A stretch of DNA of 64,000 bases, taken from the NCBI GenBank assembly GCA_030141605.1, contig JAQGDQ010000127.1, positions 310,001-374,000 on the forward strand, read 5' to 3'. The translations under genes and the position numbers were made by a program. The notes under the pieces were generated by a model that made no database searches, was not told the DNA's origin, and was given only the letters and a program-made list of their open reading frames with translations. Positions 1 through 14,575 of this stretch are shown piece after piece; positions within the stretch are counted from its first letter, which is position 1; each line of letters opens with the position of its first letter. This DNA is from Tubiluchus corallicola. Its lineage: Eukaryota; Animalia; Priapulida.

Positions 1-446
1 ACACAACAGTTTATTATGAAGTTGTTCATATATTTTTTCTTGAAGTTCAGTACTAGCAAGTTTTTTACTAATTCTATGGTGCAGTACTCCCAACAATCAT
101 ACTTATCTTTAATTTGTATACTTAAGTTTGTTTTTTCGGTCGACATTGGGTAAACGATATAAGGCAATATTATTAATAATGATAATGATTATAGTTCCCA
201 TGTTGCATAAATTAATCATACAATCTTTGTTTAGTAAAAACACACTATATGCAGGCAATTTCTTTCATTTAAAACAGTTTTCTTTCAGAGCTTTAAACAA
301 TTTAATGACTAAAGATGTGAAAAGTAAACAATAAGACTGAAAACAGATTAAAACAATTTCTGAAATTCGATTTTCACACTTTAGATCTAACATACTTGTC
401 TCTGGATTAACTATCATCCTACTGTTTTCCATCATATTTTTCAAGA

Positions 447-3400
447 TCAGCTAGGTAAATTGAATAATTTAGTTTCTATTTTTGCTATCATTACTCTGGC
501 ATAGAAATCTCTATAATTCTCTGGCAACTCGCCTATGACTTTCAATGCACGATCCAAGACTTGCATTGCTCTGGTAGCTAACAACAAATCCTTGTTGCCA
601 TAGGTGTCTTTTTTGTCATACATGCTAGAGTCTAACTCCCTCCAGAATATATTGATGGCAATGCTAAACTCCAGGGATATGACGTTATGAAACCACAGGG
701 CTAAAGAAAAACAACATTGCAGAATGCAATTAAATAATATAGTGAGTCACACCGCTATGTATTGGCACTAAAATGTTTATTTGTCTTTAAACCAATATTA
801 CAAAAGTTAAAATGGCATAGGTTATACCATTGTGCTTGATAACGCTATCTGTAAATTTGCATGCGACTACAAAAACTAAATTCAAACAGTTCAGATTTCA
901 AAGGTGTACATTAAGCACAATCTCTGCAGAATTAAGGTCTGGGTAATACGGACAACATAGTTATGCAGTGCCCACACTATCACATCATCATGATAAAATT
1001 ATCGTGACTGAGGGCACCAACGTGAATCAATCAATGCTAGTGTATACAGGCAAAGTGCCATCACCATATACAATCCATCACGAAAACATGCTCATGCCAT
1101 AATTAAATGTCCGTCATAAGTTTTTCACAATACCTTGTTGATATGTCGCTGTATGAAACAATGGTTTTGCTTCATGACGGAGTTCATATCAAGATTATAC
1201 ACTTCACTAGGCTAAAGACGTTATCGACAGTCTACGTTAACTATTTGCTTGTGAGACTCGCATGAGATCATATTACACACTTGTTTTTGCAACCTGTTAT
1301 TACTAACTTCAAGTTACCTGGTATGAATAGAATATCACCCTCTTCCAGGACACATTCATACCGTGTTGCCTTAGCAAAATCTGGAAAACGAGTTAAATCT
1401 GGATTGTCAATATCAAGCACCTTAGACTTATCACCTGGAAATAAGAAAATATTATAGAGACTGAACACAAAGAAAATCCCTTGCAGAGTCAGTTGTAACA
1501 AGCTTATCGTGGTATGAGAGATTTCGGCTGCAGTATCTTGTTGAGAAATCACAGAATTAGACTTATTTTATTTTGTAACTAACTAAGTTCGATATTCATG
1601 TTTTGTATGATTACTAGACCAGATTCTGATTAGAAAATTTTAGTAGCTGCACAGAGACATACATATAGACAACATCTTTCAACAATAAGAATTTTGTCTT
1701 AAAGTTAATAATAACTTTAAAACTGTTCCATAGTCCATAGTTTGGTTTTGAATTTTTGTATAGTTAAATGTGCTCTTTAAAGGCACAAGTTTCAAATTTA
1801 GATAAATTACATAATAAATATGGTGTTGATAGTACAAGCCTTGTTTCGTCTTTGTAAGCTAACTGTAACTTGTAATCATTAAAATAAAATTTTTGAATTC
1901 AAAATCTTAGTACATTCTCAACTCATATTGTGAATCACACGGTATGGTGGAGTCTCATTTTTTTGTAAATGTATATGTGAATCTGGCTTGTAAAAAGCAA
2001 AAAAGTTTTTCATTTTATCCTATGATATAAAATCAGTGTATATAGGATCAGCAGGTTGCAATATATGTATATATATATACATATACATAATATATATATA
2101 TATATAATGTATTCCAACTCAAGTCCAAGTCGAGCAGGTAGCAAATGTGTGTGTATATATATAGATATATATATACATTTGTTTGTGTTTAAAATGCATA
2201 ATTAACACCACATCGCACATTACTATAAAATTCATCATATCGTGCTCAATGACACATACCATGCACGTTAACAGATTATTCCATTCCACAGTTTAGCATG
2301 TTTATCATATTGCAGTTCCATGCACCATGTCACACCCTTGGCATATTATATCAAAAAAAGTTGTAACAAATTTGCTGTGCTACAATATTTCAACAAGCAC
2401 TATAAAATGGCACCTTATAATGTTTCTTGATGAGTCTGATAATAAATTTTTGTAACATTTGTTACGAGTAGTCAATGCTTAGGAAACAGGGTCTTATGGT
2501 GGACAGAGGAAGAAATGGCTAGGAGGTCCGAGGGAATACTGTAAGCTTCATTAGTGGAGCGGAATCCATAGCTTACATTGTAACAAAAACCAATGCATTT
2601 TCTTTGATTTTAAGTTTTTGAGGCCTTTAATGGTCGAAAAGAATTTCATTAAGCAGTTTTTCAACTGTTTCAACTGAGGATACAAAATTTTGGTCCTAAT
2701 TCAGATGCAGCAATTGCTTTTTAATCAGTGAATTAACTAGTTTTCACCAACTAGCTTTTATACGTTACCCAGTTAAGTTTTAGCCTATTCAAACCATTTA
2801 ACCATGAGGGATCACTGAGCAAACGATCTACAGCAAGGTACACTAGCTCCAATTTTCTATGTAATTACCATGCAGTTAATGCTAATCTTTAACATATTGA
2901 CATACTTCTACCAAAAACAATCATGCCAACTGATTACAGCTAAATTTTGATTTACCACAGAGTACCTTTGTTGCACCCAGCTTTTCAAGTCTAAAGCAAA
3001 ATAAGTTACTATGTGGAAATTGGGTTAACTCATTTTTTGCAAGAAACATTTTTTCCTGAAAAGTTGCAAGAAAAAATGAGTTGTAACATTTTAACACGAA
3101 GCATCATTTTTTTCTTTAAGGGGCAATCGCACCGACCTTTAAGTTTGGGGTATTAACAGACCTCGCATGGAGTGTAACTCGTGTCACAATTTGCTTTAGA
3201 CTCAACTTGGACTCACGTGTCACTGACTCAATACTTGACTCAGACTTGTAATGACTCGGACTCGAAACGACGAAACACTGACTCGAAATGCACTAACAAT
3301 AAAACAAGCAATAACATGTTTTAGCTAAGTAGTTACATTGTTATTAACTGAGAGAGCATTTCAATCTCACATCTGACCAGCATTCGTTGTCTACAACTGT

Positions 3401-6400
3401 GTCTGTATTATGCCTAAAGTGTAATTCTTAGTCTCTAGGTTCACCAGTAGTGTTTGCTTCTATGCTCAGTTAAAAAAATTCAAATGTTATTACAACATTG
3501 AAAGTAGCCTTGACATTGAACGAGAAAAATTCAAAATATATCGTGAACAGCTTTTTTGACAGCAGACTTTTTTAAACTGACTAATAAGGTATTCAGTTGC
3601 CCACCTCCTAGTGTGTCCACTAATTGAATGGGTGTTCAATCAAAGTGGTTTATTAGTAATAACACACTGGTTTGTTAGACATTTGATATCGTATTTCTTA
3701 AATGTAATAAGTAACTTGAATAACTTCTTATAGATGGTAATTAGCACTACTGATTGTAATGTCACTTTTATAATGAGTCTTACATAGCAAAATTTAAAAC
3801 ATCGATATTACTCAATAAATTTAGTGCAGTAATAAGCAAAATAACACCAAGTTAACAAGAATGGTTTATTACTATTAAATATGAACTTGAGAATCGATAA
3901 AAACTGGGATTACTTTGATTTAAAGCTTGATTTCAAGTTGAACAAACCACGTGAATAAGATTTAGGACTTGACTCAGGCATAGACGTACTGACTCAGACT
4001 TGGGCATAATGACTCGAACTAAGGATTAATGACCTGAGACTAAACTCGGACATAGGCCAGAGTGACATGAGACTTGAGTAGGACTTGAACCCCAAAGACT
4101 TGGGAGTCGACTTGGACTTGAGTTGAATGACTTGATTGTACTACAATGTTTATACATTATATGTGTAACAAAAGTCATAAGCGAAAGTGAGTATTGACAG
4201 TATTTTAACTGAACTTATGTTAACAGTTATAAAATTTTTTCCAATAAATGCAATACTCGCTATAATCACAGTATAACACCTGTAATTAAGCTTTAAGTTA
4301 AATATGAGTTAATTTTGGTAATAATCCTCCTTTTCCTCCTACAAACCGTTCAAGTACAGATTTAAAGCATCCTTTGGACTATACAAAATTGCTCTTTTTT
4401 TGCCCTTGATTTGTATCAGAAGATTGTCCATCACCTGTAAAAATGAAAAAATAAAAATACGTGTATATAAAACCTATGTATATAAAAATTACTAATAGAA
4501 GGATGTTGTCACGAAAGAAACAGGTAATGTACTTGAATAACAGACTTGCCAAAGCGAAAACATTCACCTCAAGAACACCTGGATTTCCAGTAATATCAGC
4601 TTAAACACCAAGCTGAAACTATTTAACACTTTAGTGGAATCAGTCTTAATGTATGGCTCTGAAACTTTATAGGCGTATTTGCAAACCAGAACTGTATACA
4701 AGTATAACTGTATAATTATACTGTATAACTATATATAGTTAAAACTGCATTATGACGCTTCAAAAAATAGAAAGCTTCCGGTTTTTTCAGCTGCCAAACC
4801 CAGATCTTCATCAGGAAGAACCATCTACTGGATTTAAACATATGTGTAAAATCCATAACAACCAACATTTGTGCGGTTGCTAAGTGTTTTATAGAAACGA
4901 TGGCTAACTTTAATAGTGATTGTCTCAAGATGTTCTTCCTTGCGTGTACTTCAGCTTCAATAAGGATTATCTCAGCTTAGAAATAACTTATAGCAGTGAC
5001 CTTGGTATCAAAATGAAATGGAGATTCAGGATGTGTGAATACCTGGAAAGGCTAAATTGTCGACTTGTGGATGATTTTGCTCACATATGTACTTTCTGCA
5101 CTCTAGTCCAGTATCATTTTTACAAAGTTTTAGAGGTACACTAATCTAGAAAATGAACCTGCCCTCTTTAAACAATTTAAGCATGAGGGTAGCAAAACTT
5201 ACATCATAATGAGTCCATAATTGTGTGCCTGCTGATGCCATTCTAAGTACACTGGAAAAAAATTGACCTTTCTCAAAAAATTCTGGAATGTTGATGTCAT
5301 CAGCTAAATACGGAAACTGGATTTTAATATTGGCAACATCTTTCCGTACATCACAACCCAAAGAACGAAAATAGTATTTTTCATCCTACAAAACCATAGT
5401 CATGAATACAACATATACATTTATCGGCAAAGAACTAACCAATATAACCTATCATGCTACGGCAAAATGTAAACTGTAAGATGTAAAATAGCAAACTCAT
5501 TCTGCTATCATTTGAACCTAGTACACTGTTTTACTGTAGTGCTTTTTGTAACTTACACAGGTACCTATGTCTGAACTGATTTTATTAGGAATTAAATAAT
5601 GCAGCTTTGATTCATTAGAATGACCACCATAACTTTTATTGAAGTTTATTTACAGTTCAGGCAATGTTTTTAACATTTTTCAGTCATAAAATTTCTAACT
5701 TTTAGTACTTTAAAATCTAATCCACTCATTATTGCCTCTCAAATGGACCATTTTAATGCAAAAACAGCCAGAATGCTTGTACAGTAATTTACTCTAAGAT
5801 CAGTTAACTGAAAATCCAGTTATCTAGCATTTTGTGGTTACTATTAGTATCGAATTTGCATAATTGCTGCTCTGCTGTAATAAAGATGCTGGAAGGTCAA
5901 AGAGCTAGTACACACAGAGACCTGCAACAATTACAAAAACTAAGTTGTAACCAGTGGAGTGCAGTGGGTTGTGCAACAACACATGCAGCCAGCTAGGGGG
6001 TCTGGAGGAGCGCTGTAAGCTCCCCCAGCGGGGTACTGGGCGGAGTCCGGGCCACCAATGCACTTTCCAATATTAAAGAGAATTTTGGAGGCCTCAAATG
6101 AGATCTAAATTCGGCTACACAAACGTGAAAAATGTACTTATAATAAGTCGATTTTTAGGCAAATCAATATAACTTTTGTAGGTAACGTAGAAAATAGATT
6201 TATAGTTATTTGAAAATCAGCGGCCCTATGGATGAAACAACAAATTGTAGTCCTTATTCCGTTTCTGTTGTCGAAGGCTTACCTAAAACAGTTGATAAAG
6301 TATTGTACAATCAAGTTTCAACCTACTTGAAAACCATTAATTTACCGAAACAACAATTTCGGAAACAGATAAAACATCGTTGATGTGGTATTACTTTGTT

Positions 6401-9400
6401 ATAAATAGAAAACTAGAAATAAGAAGAGATAAATCACTGTTGGCCAATAGCAGCTGAAATGTTAATAATATTTTTTTTTTACATTTGAGACAGATTGGTC
6501 TACACACAGTGAAAGAAATAACCATATCTAGCCCACTTAATTAAACTCATTTTATATAGCATCCAGCATTAAAATAAATACAATTTTTATTTACTATCTG
6601 CATAGAAAAATGTTTATAACTATAAAACCATTCACTTATTAATGAATTATCTCGCTGACGATTTTAAATTCTGCATACAGTAATTTGTTCATATAAATTC
6701 CCTAACTTATAGCCACAGAAAGCCGGAAAGTCATACAAAAATTGACTAATTGGTGATGTTGAAATGCAAAGTAATGCAACCAAACTATAGCTCTAAACTT
6801 GGAAAATTTAGGAAAATCTTTATGGCTTTTTGTCCCAATGTGCAAATAACTTGCCAGAAAAAAGACTGCTGTAAACCTTTCAATCAAAATTTTACTCATG
6901 ATTCGTAATATATCTAAAATGTGGTTGCGTAAAAATGTATTAAAACTCAATTGTCTTTTGTCAGCTGCTTGCCATATTGCTAATTAACTTGCCGTCAAAA
7001 ACTGGGTGAAATTTTCTAAATTTAGTGGCTTCATAAGGTCTAAGCTACAATTATGTAGTGTAATTCAACTAGTGATGCAGTTTATTGCTTGTACCTAAGC
7101 CATACCTTGTTTTAAAACCAACTCTTACATCCTAGCTAATTAAAAGTATGTTAATATAGAGACGATATAAAAGAAATGCTTACCACACATACACTTCTCG
7201 CAAACTGAAGTCCAATTACTGCATTAACACTACACTAAAGTCCTATGATCAACTAAAGCAATAAAAATACAGATGTGCTGAAAACTGAAATTAACGCAAT
7301 GAAAAGTCTAAACCCTACAGTAATTTATAAAACATGTAAACACCAAGTCACCGTTATTACCTAGCACTCTACAGCAGCCACAGAACTCTATTAACTACAG
7401 TACCCATATGTATTAAACAATGGCTCATATAAACCATGTGATGCATTCAGGTGTAGCTGGGCAGCGAAAACCCAAGTTGAACGAACAGCAGCATTTCTCT
7501 CGCGGATAAGCCTGGGATAAAAAACAATGCTGTCGCTAAGTGTGATTGGACAAGTTTTGATTAAGCCACACCTCCACATTTTTCATTTTCAAAAATACTG
7601 TGCTTGCATACAGCTGCACCACTTGGTTAGTCTAATTGTTTAGCAAAACCTATAGCCTACTGACGTTATAATACAATACGAGCGTAAAATGTTAATAAAT
7701 ATTTGCAATAATAGTTAATTATTAGAAATATTCACAAGTACTTTTTACATCATAATTATTTTTTGGAAATTATAAGGCATGCAGTGCACGTGATGCATGC
7801 ATGGGCTGCAAGTCACTGGTTGTAACTTAATGAATTGAGCCAAATAACTGCAGTATCAAAACAGCAAAGCTATATCTGTACAGTGACTGCAGTACCAAAA
7901 GTAACGTTCAGTTACTTAGAATCAGTGCTGTATTTTAAAAGCTTCGTGCATGCAGATGTTTAACGCTAACCATTTCCAGCATTGTTCTTAAGATAACTTA
8001 AATGCAAATGAGGTGAAGACAGCTATAAACTAATAACATGAGAGTTTTTTAGCAGGAGAACTTCATCTCTATGCACATGGGAAAGTGCAATTAGCGAGTG
8101 GTCAGTAGTAAATCATCACTGCCTGCCTCTGACTGCTTATTACTGTTAATTTCTATTATTTCTGTTACTGGTGATTTCTGTTAACAGGGCTTCTTCATAA
8201 AATGCAAGTATAGTAAACAAAATTTCAGCCCTTGAAGCCTGTTAAAATAAAATATGCGCTGTTAAGTGACTAAAAGGTGTCAAAAGATCAGCGTCACTAA
8301 AACGAAACATCGTTAAATAAGGAGTTATTAAGCGAGGACTTACTGTATTATTCTTAGTACTAAATGCTCAATGTTTATACCTTACACAGAAAATATTCAT
8401 CATGTTCCTTTTCTGCAACTCGTTGAATAAGATCTTTAAAGGGAAGTGATCTGTAAGCATCAATAAAAAAATTTATATCAAGCAAAAAATGATTTCTGTT
8501 TTAATAACTATCCCCTATTAAATATTTCAAATAAATATAAAAATCAAGTATTTAAAACAAAATAACAATTATCAATTATTCAACTATAATAATCAACTAT
8601 GTATGTCAATTATAATCTGCTGAAACATATGGTTTTACTTATGGGATTAACATATTAACATGTTATGAGCTTAATCTTGATTTGAGGCATATGACATAGA
8701 CCTAATTAAAACTGACGGCTAAAAATAGACGATTTTCCACTACAGCAATTATGGATTCATAGTTGCAATTTTAATGCAAGTGCAATTTGAACTTAGATTC
8801 GTCAACTGAATTACATCATAAAAATAGGCTAGGTTAAAGAGTTTTTTAAGTTTAACAATAGCATACAAATCATGCCTAGTTGAGGGCAATAGGGTGTTTA
8901 TGATCTCGAAGAATTGTCACCACGAACACTATTCACAAGGCCGTACACAGTGAACACTATTAGCTTAAAGAAGAGGCAAAATAAGACATTTAACCCACTA
9001 TTACTTAGTGAAACATAATGTTAACTGATGTCAAATACCAAAATCCTAGAAAATACAATTTTTAAAAATGATTACTAACCTATACAAAAAGTTTTTGTTC
9101 AAAAAGTCCATCTGAGGCACAGTGCATACATGTACTTTCACCTCGTCATCACCAGCCCGTTCTGTTAGATATTCTGGAGTCCACATAGAAACACAATTTC
9201 CTATATCCATATCGTGAAGCACAGCAGGCTCATGCTGAAAAATTTACACAGACAATATTAAATGTGCATTTCCGCTGCCATAATCTTTACCGAAGTTTAA
9301 TTATATTTGCTTAAGGCAATATTTTGATCTTTTTTCAGTCTAACTTCTCTAATATTGCTAACTTCTAGTACTTTAAAATCTAATCCATTCATTATTACAA

Positions 9401-11566
9401 CTCATACAGGCCCTTTCAGCAGTGCAATAACAACTAGAACGCTTGTCGAGTAATGTATTCTAAAATCAGTTAACTTAAAATTCAGTCATTCAAGCACTTC
9501 GTAACATTTTTGGGAATAATTAAAACAATAGTCCTTATTCCATCTGCACTACCAGCACGTGGCACGCGTGCTCCATGCGACACTGGCACACGCATTCCTA
9601 AACAGAAATTGTTTCTAACTTGGTAGCATGCGACATTACATGGTTTTCTATCAGCGGCAAGACTTTACTATCAAAACAGGCAAAGAGAAATTTATATTAA
9701 ATGCGCAAGGTTATCCCTGCTTGTAAGGCTGATCCACAGAACAGTTTAAAAGAATACATATTAACAAACAGTACATAAACCAACTCTTGAAGCACTTGAC
9801 ATTACAACTGATGGTAGCAAATAATTATTTTGTTTGTTTATTTGTTTATTTCATGTTTCGAATAAGACTTGAGCAAAACAGTGCAACAGTGTAAAACATG
9901 ACATTTATCCACAAGTTGACAACAAAATTTGCATTCAATTACAGCTGTTTTCCAGTGAAAGAGTGCAGACTAATACAGAGATTTATAACTAAGTTTGCTA
10001 CAGTTCGCATGTAAGGCAGATGTAAAAAATGTATGTGAAGCTCCAATGGCAAACCACGGGTGCAAAACACACTTTCAGCACAGATACGGCTTAAGACACA
10101 GATGGAAGTGGATTAAGGACTTCGATTCATATAATTGTAGTTCTCTTGCAGATTAAGACAAAGATATCAGTGGATAATGGACTTTGATGCTTAACTTTTC
10201 AATATTCAATAATAGAGATGCAATTTGACTACAGTAGATGGAGCTTAATAGACTCACTTTGGGACCGAAGTGTTTTGACCCAATTAACCTATCAACCGAT
10301 CAGTGTAGTATTACTGGTATAGTATGAGTCACCAGCTTACTATGCACTACAAAGGTTTTTAATGAATTTTAGAAACAAAGTAATGCCTAAATTCCTTTGT
10401 GCAGTTAAAAATAAAAAAATTATATTTTAAAATATTACTTTATATCAATGAATTGGCCAAAAATTAAAAAGTATACTTTTCTAAATCACAAAAGTCTGTT
10501 TATTTGCAACAATTACAAAAATTCCTTCAAAGTCAGCTGCTTCATTTCACCACGAAGAAGTTGGCTCACAAAGTTCTCATAATGATAAAAACATTGAAAA
10601 TCTGTTGTTGTATGATGCACAAATTCTCGTAAAACAGTTAGTACTTCGCGTGCTTAAACTGTTAGTGTTGCCCGTGTTTTCCCGCAAGTAGCTTCGTCTG
10701 TAGTTTCGCCTAAGCTCCTGCTTGCTATTGTGACACACTGTACTGTACCTGAATCCCTGGCATAACAGTAACATCTAACTGATTAAACTTTCCGGCAAAG
10801 ACAGCCAGAGTTTCAAAAGCAAACCACTAAGCAAGTGATTAAATGTTTAGCTTCCAGGAATTCTAGGGTAACGAGGTCAATTGGAGTGGACTGGCAGGTC
10901 AAAGCAAACCATCAGGCTAGCATATTAGTGTATGATAAACATTCCTGCTTACAAACAAAACTATACTTAGCATGATTGTTTTTATGTATATTATAGGACA
11001 AAAGCAAACTAAGGTGCTATAAAAGTTATATAAGCTTATTAGTCACACGAAAGTGTCTTATTGAAGCATGTTGAGTCAATTATGCAAAGTCATTTGAGTC
11101 AATTACCGACAGTTTTTATGTACAATAGAACGCAAGCAGCCCATACCAGGCGGTTTTGAGTCAATTAAGCAATTGAGTATATTAAATGTGAGTCTATTAA
11201 ATACCGCCTACTATATAAGAGTTTATAACCCAAATCACTGTTAATACTGAGCAGAAAATATCACTAAATAATTTTTGAAAGTTCATTCATAAATGTGAAA
11301 GCAACCATCCAACAAGAATTGAAAGTTCAACTGTGACTAGTTAGTGCGCTTGTTAAAAAGATGATAACTAGCTAAATGCAGACCCAGATTTGAACCTATG
11401 AGCCTGTATCTTAAGTTATAGCAAATATTTCCTAAATGTTTGCAGTGACCAATCACAAAAACGAAAAAAAACATTATACCTTTTCATAGATGGTGTTAAT
11501 AAATTCTTCTTTCGTTACATGTTTATAATGTAAAATCTGTTGAGTAGGTAATATAGGCATACCCAT
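447..11566 (-). CDS. TYW5: tRNA wybutosine-synthesizing protein 5 (JmjC hydroxylase), 7 coding exons, 317 aa
   Basis: Coding exons 11480-11566, 9080-9234, 8381-8450, 5203-5385, 4347-4434, 1318-1434 and 447-700. All have GT-AG borders with consistent phases and sum to 954 nt. Peptide includes [43 protein letters not shown] (JmjC HxD), GDILFIPALWFHNV (distal His) and DTYGNKD...YRDFYAR, matching TYW5. Confidence 0.95.
3166..4148 (+). mobile_element. Decayed non-autonomous hAT-type element with GACT(C/T) subterminal arrays and a transposase C-terminal remnant
   Basis: Dense GACTC/GACTTG repeats at 3175-3285 and 3960-4135. Internal 3585-3714 reads, with frameshifts, [17 protein letters not shown]...IVFLKCNK*, resembling the hAT dimerisation domain. 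Ends are approximate. Confidence 0.6.
5680..5835. repeat. Dispersed ~150-bp repeat, second copy at ~9350-9500 (both in TYW5 introns)
   Basis: Shared CTAACTT.TAGTACTTTAAAATCTAATCCA.TCATTATT...AGAA.GCTTGT...TCTAA.ATCAGTTAACT in the same orientation. Confidence 0.75.
5952..7818. mobile_element. Non-autonomous hAT-type DNA transposon (~1.87 kb)
   Basis: Exact 8-bp TSD GTTGTAAC at 5944-5951 and 7819-7826. Imperfect TIR CAGTGGAGTGCAG / CTGCAAGTCACTG. Confidence 0.8.
8270..8345. mobile_element. Tc1/pogo(Tigger)-like MITE terminus; related end at ~12230-12294
   Basis: Both end in TTAAGCGAGGACTTACTG followed by TA. The opposite ends were not located. Confidence 0.55.
10232..11213. mobile_element. 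Tc1/pogo(Tigger)-like MITE (~980 bp)
   Basis: TA-flanked imperfect TIRs CAGTAG..TTAATAGACTCAC / GTGAGTCTATTAA..CTACTA, with GAGTCAATTA subterminal repeats. Related fragment at ~46215-46325. Confidence 0.7.
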
Positions 11567-14029
11567 GTTATCAGTGCAGCACCAAAAAATATCTAGAACA
11601 AAAAACTTGTTTTACAAAATCTCTTGCAGTAAAACGAAACAAGCCCATTTCCAGTTTAGATGATTCACTGTTTAAATTATCAATCAATGCAGAATTTTTC
11701 TGTTTCATTAATCAATTATGAATTGATGACAGATTGGGCATTTGTGATGACTCAGACTGAATTTCGAAAGAGAAACAAAAGTTACAAAATAGCGCCGATC
11801 GAGGATGCCACTGGAGGGAGAGAACACACAATCTGCAAAATGGCAGTGGTTTAGCAAAGTCGGATGTCGTACTAAACGCGATAGTCTCTTTTACTTTCCA
11901 ATAAGTTCACACTTTTTTTAGTAAACCACTGCTCATTTCTATGTTGTGATAAAAAACAACCGCTTTCTGGAAACGAAAATATTTCAATAAAACGAGCAAT
12001 CTTTGTTCGTTTTCATTATGCTGACACTAACTTTTAAATAATTCATTTATATATTTAAATATGACGCAGATCGTTATTGCTTTACATCAGTGTGCAGATA
12101 AACAATGCATCTTTCTATTGAAGCACTGTTTCAGCGATATTTTTGATGTGGGCAATCTCAAAATGCGTTAAAAAAGAAACACCTAAATTGCAAACTACCC
12201 CAAAACATGCATTGTTAGGTGAGAAAAAGGCGTTAAATGTTCCTCGTTGTTAAAATGTCGCAAAACGGGGAGTCGTTTAAGCGAGGACTTACTGTATTTG
12301 GAATATTGTGACTCCCAGGCTCGGTGGAGTAATTTCCGTCAGAACAAACTATGCAGATTATGGACACACCACGCGGATTACTATCGAACTGAGTCAGCTA
12401 TTGTCATATGTCACCTCACTACAGATTTACGTGTGTTAACAGAGAGAGATTGCTAGATTCACACAAAAACTAACGCAACAAAGGGTGCCATGTTGATGGG
12501 TAAGCTACTGCTTTATTCTAATGAGTGCTTGTTATTTATTAATGTGAAATTTTTGCAATAACATTTGTTATGGGAATGCCATGTATGAATTTGTGTCCAC
12601 ATAAAAAATTAGTTAGAATTGCCAACCTCATGCATTGTCTATAAATGTTTAAATTGGGCAAAAAAGCATTGATCAGGAAGGTCTTTTGCAGGTAACAGCA
12701 TATACATTTTCATTTAAATGAAACAATATTACTGTATTCTTACCAATTGTCTTTTATTTGCAAAATGATTCAAATATTCAAGAAACTACTATAATTATTA
12801 ATTGTTATAATTGTGTATATTCATCAATTAGATCCAAATAATTATTATTATAGTTTTACCTATTACATACTGTAGACCTAATGACAAATCGAAAGTTCCA
12901 ATATTTTCACTATTATGTTTATTTTGGCCTCTACATAATATATGGTTCAAATCTAGGGATTTGTTCCAAATATTTTCCAGCAAATTTGGTTTCAAAAATT
13001 CAACTATTATGAATTTATTCCATCTGGCATCACTACACAAAATATCTTCTGAACAGGTTTATTAGTGAAAAAAACATTTCATGAGGGGTTTTCTGTAAAA
13101 GGTTTTTTCTTGAACGAAAAAGGCAGGCAGAAACAAAGGTGTCCGACAGCAAAACAATTTTTGGGGCACAGCATAAAACTATTAGATCTATTTCAGGGTC
13201 ATTAAGAACTTAATTGTTAATTAACTACTTTTCTTTTAAGTCGGTCTTCTCTTAATTATCGGGTCAAGTCGCTTAACTATGGACTGTTTTCCACGATGTG
13301 AAAAATTACATAATGTTTAATATCTATACCTGGAAAGCAATTTTTTCCAAGTGAACAGGTAAGTTGTTAATTTGCCCACAGCATCCTGTAAATTTGAAAA
13401 ACAGAGTATACCAGGCTATTTTTAGATTAGCCATAATTGATTTAGATTTATTCATTTTAACAGAACAGGTACATCAGCAATATAAATCATAAATGTTAGT
13501 TTGTAACTAATTAATTATCTACTAGCTTATAACTAGTCTTATAACTAGAGCGAAATAATGACTGTGGTCAACATTTAAAAGAATTTCACTAGAAATGGCT
13601 GCAACAGTATTATTATACATACAGACAGTTGCTGTTGCCCAACAATATGGTGCCTTTTGAGCGTCACATGTTCGAAGTATTGTTCTATACCTAAGCTAGC
13701 AATTTCTCTGTACGCAAGCACTTCATCTAAATCCGTGCAACCCGCTGATTTGTTGTTTGCTGACTGAATACAGAAAGATTCACGGCAAGCATTAAGTGAA
13801 ATAAATTGATTTTAATTTCATTCACATTAGTAATAGTTATTATTATCTATGTTGAAAACCGCCTCATCTTCATCATTCAATGAATCATATTGACCAGGGA
13901 CACGATTCCATTCACCACCGCATGCCAGGAATCCCTACTCGCTGCAATGCCCCAAGTGTATTTATTTCTAAGAATCAGTGCTGAAGTATTTAAATTTTTC
14001 TGTGAAAAATCTAGATATGTTAACATTTG

Positions 14030-14235
14030 TCCTCCTGCAGGTTTTCTAGCTGGTTCTATGACTTATTGAAGAGCTATTTTCACTGGATTATCTCATCAGG
14101 TAGCCTAAGCATATGCCCAATCCGTCTTAAACAGTGTCTTTTTACTTTTCTTGTCCAAGGTTCTTCTTTTATTTTCTCATAGAGATCTTTGTTTGAGATT
14201 TTCTTTGGCTATCTGATACCCAAAATGTTTCTATA
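14030..14235 (-). mobile_element. RTE-like LINE 3' coding remnant
   Basis: Minus strand reads ILGIR*PKKISNKDLYEKIKEEPWTRKVKRHCLRRIGHMLRL, resembling the LRWxGHxxR motif of RTE-type ORF C-termini. Confidence 0.55.
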
Positions 14236-14371
14236 ATGTAAAACCACCTCATTATCATCGTCATCATATGCCCGTCATGTCTATTGTAGACATTGGGCAG
14301 AAATAAAAGAATCTGCCTTCAGACAAATAAATGCAGCAGTAATCCAGTAAAAAACTAGACACTGCTATGCC

Positions 14372-14425
14372 AAACAACAACAACACACAACAACAGCAGC
14401 AGCAGTAGCAGCAACAACAACAACA
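14372..14425. repeat. (CAA/CAG)n microsatellite
   Basis: CAACAACAA..CAGCAGCAGCAG..CAACAACAA is directly visible. Confidence 0.8.
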
Positions 14426-14575
14426 TCAAATATTAAAACCTACCACTATCAAATAAGAATGACAGTCCCAGACAAAAAAATCAGCTATACTTCACATCAG
14501 AATCATAAACTTACAATTTTAGCCATCAGAACATTGCAAGACTGCACAATTCTGGTAAACAGACTATAATAACCT

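Noticed and set aside
11375-11420. tRNA/SINE B-box-like GGTTCAAATC on the minus strand
   Set aside because: No cloverleaf or A-box is discernible.
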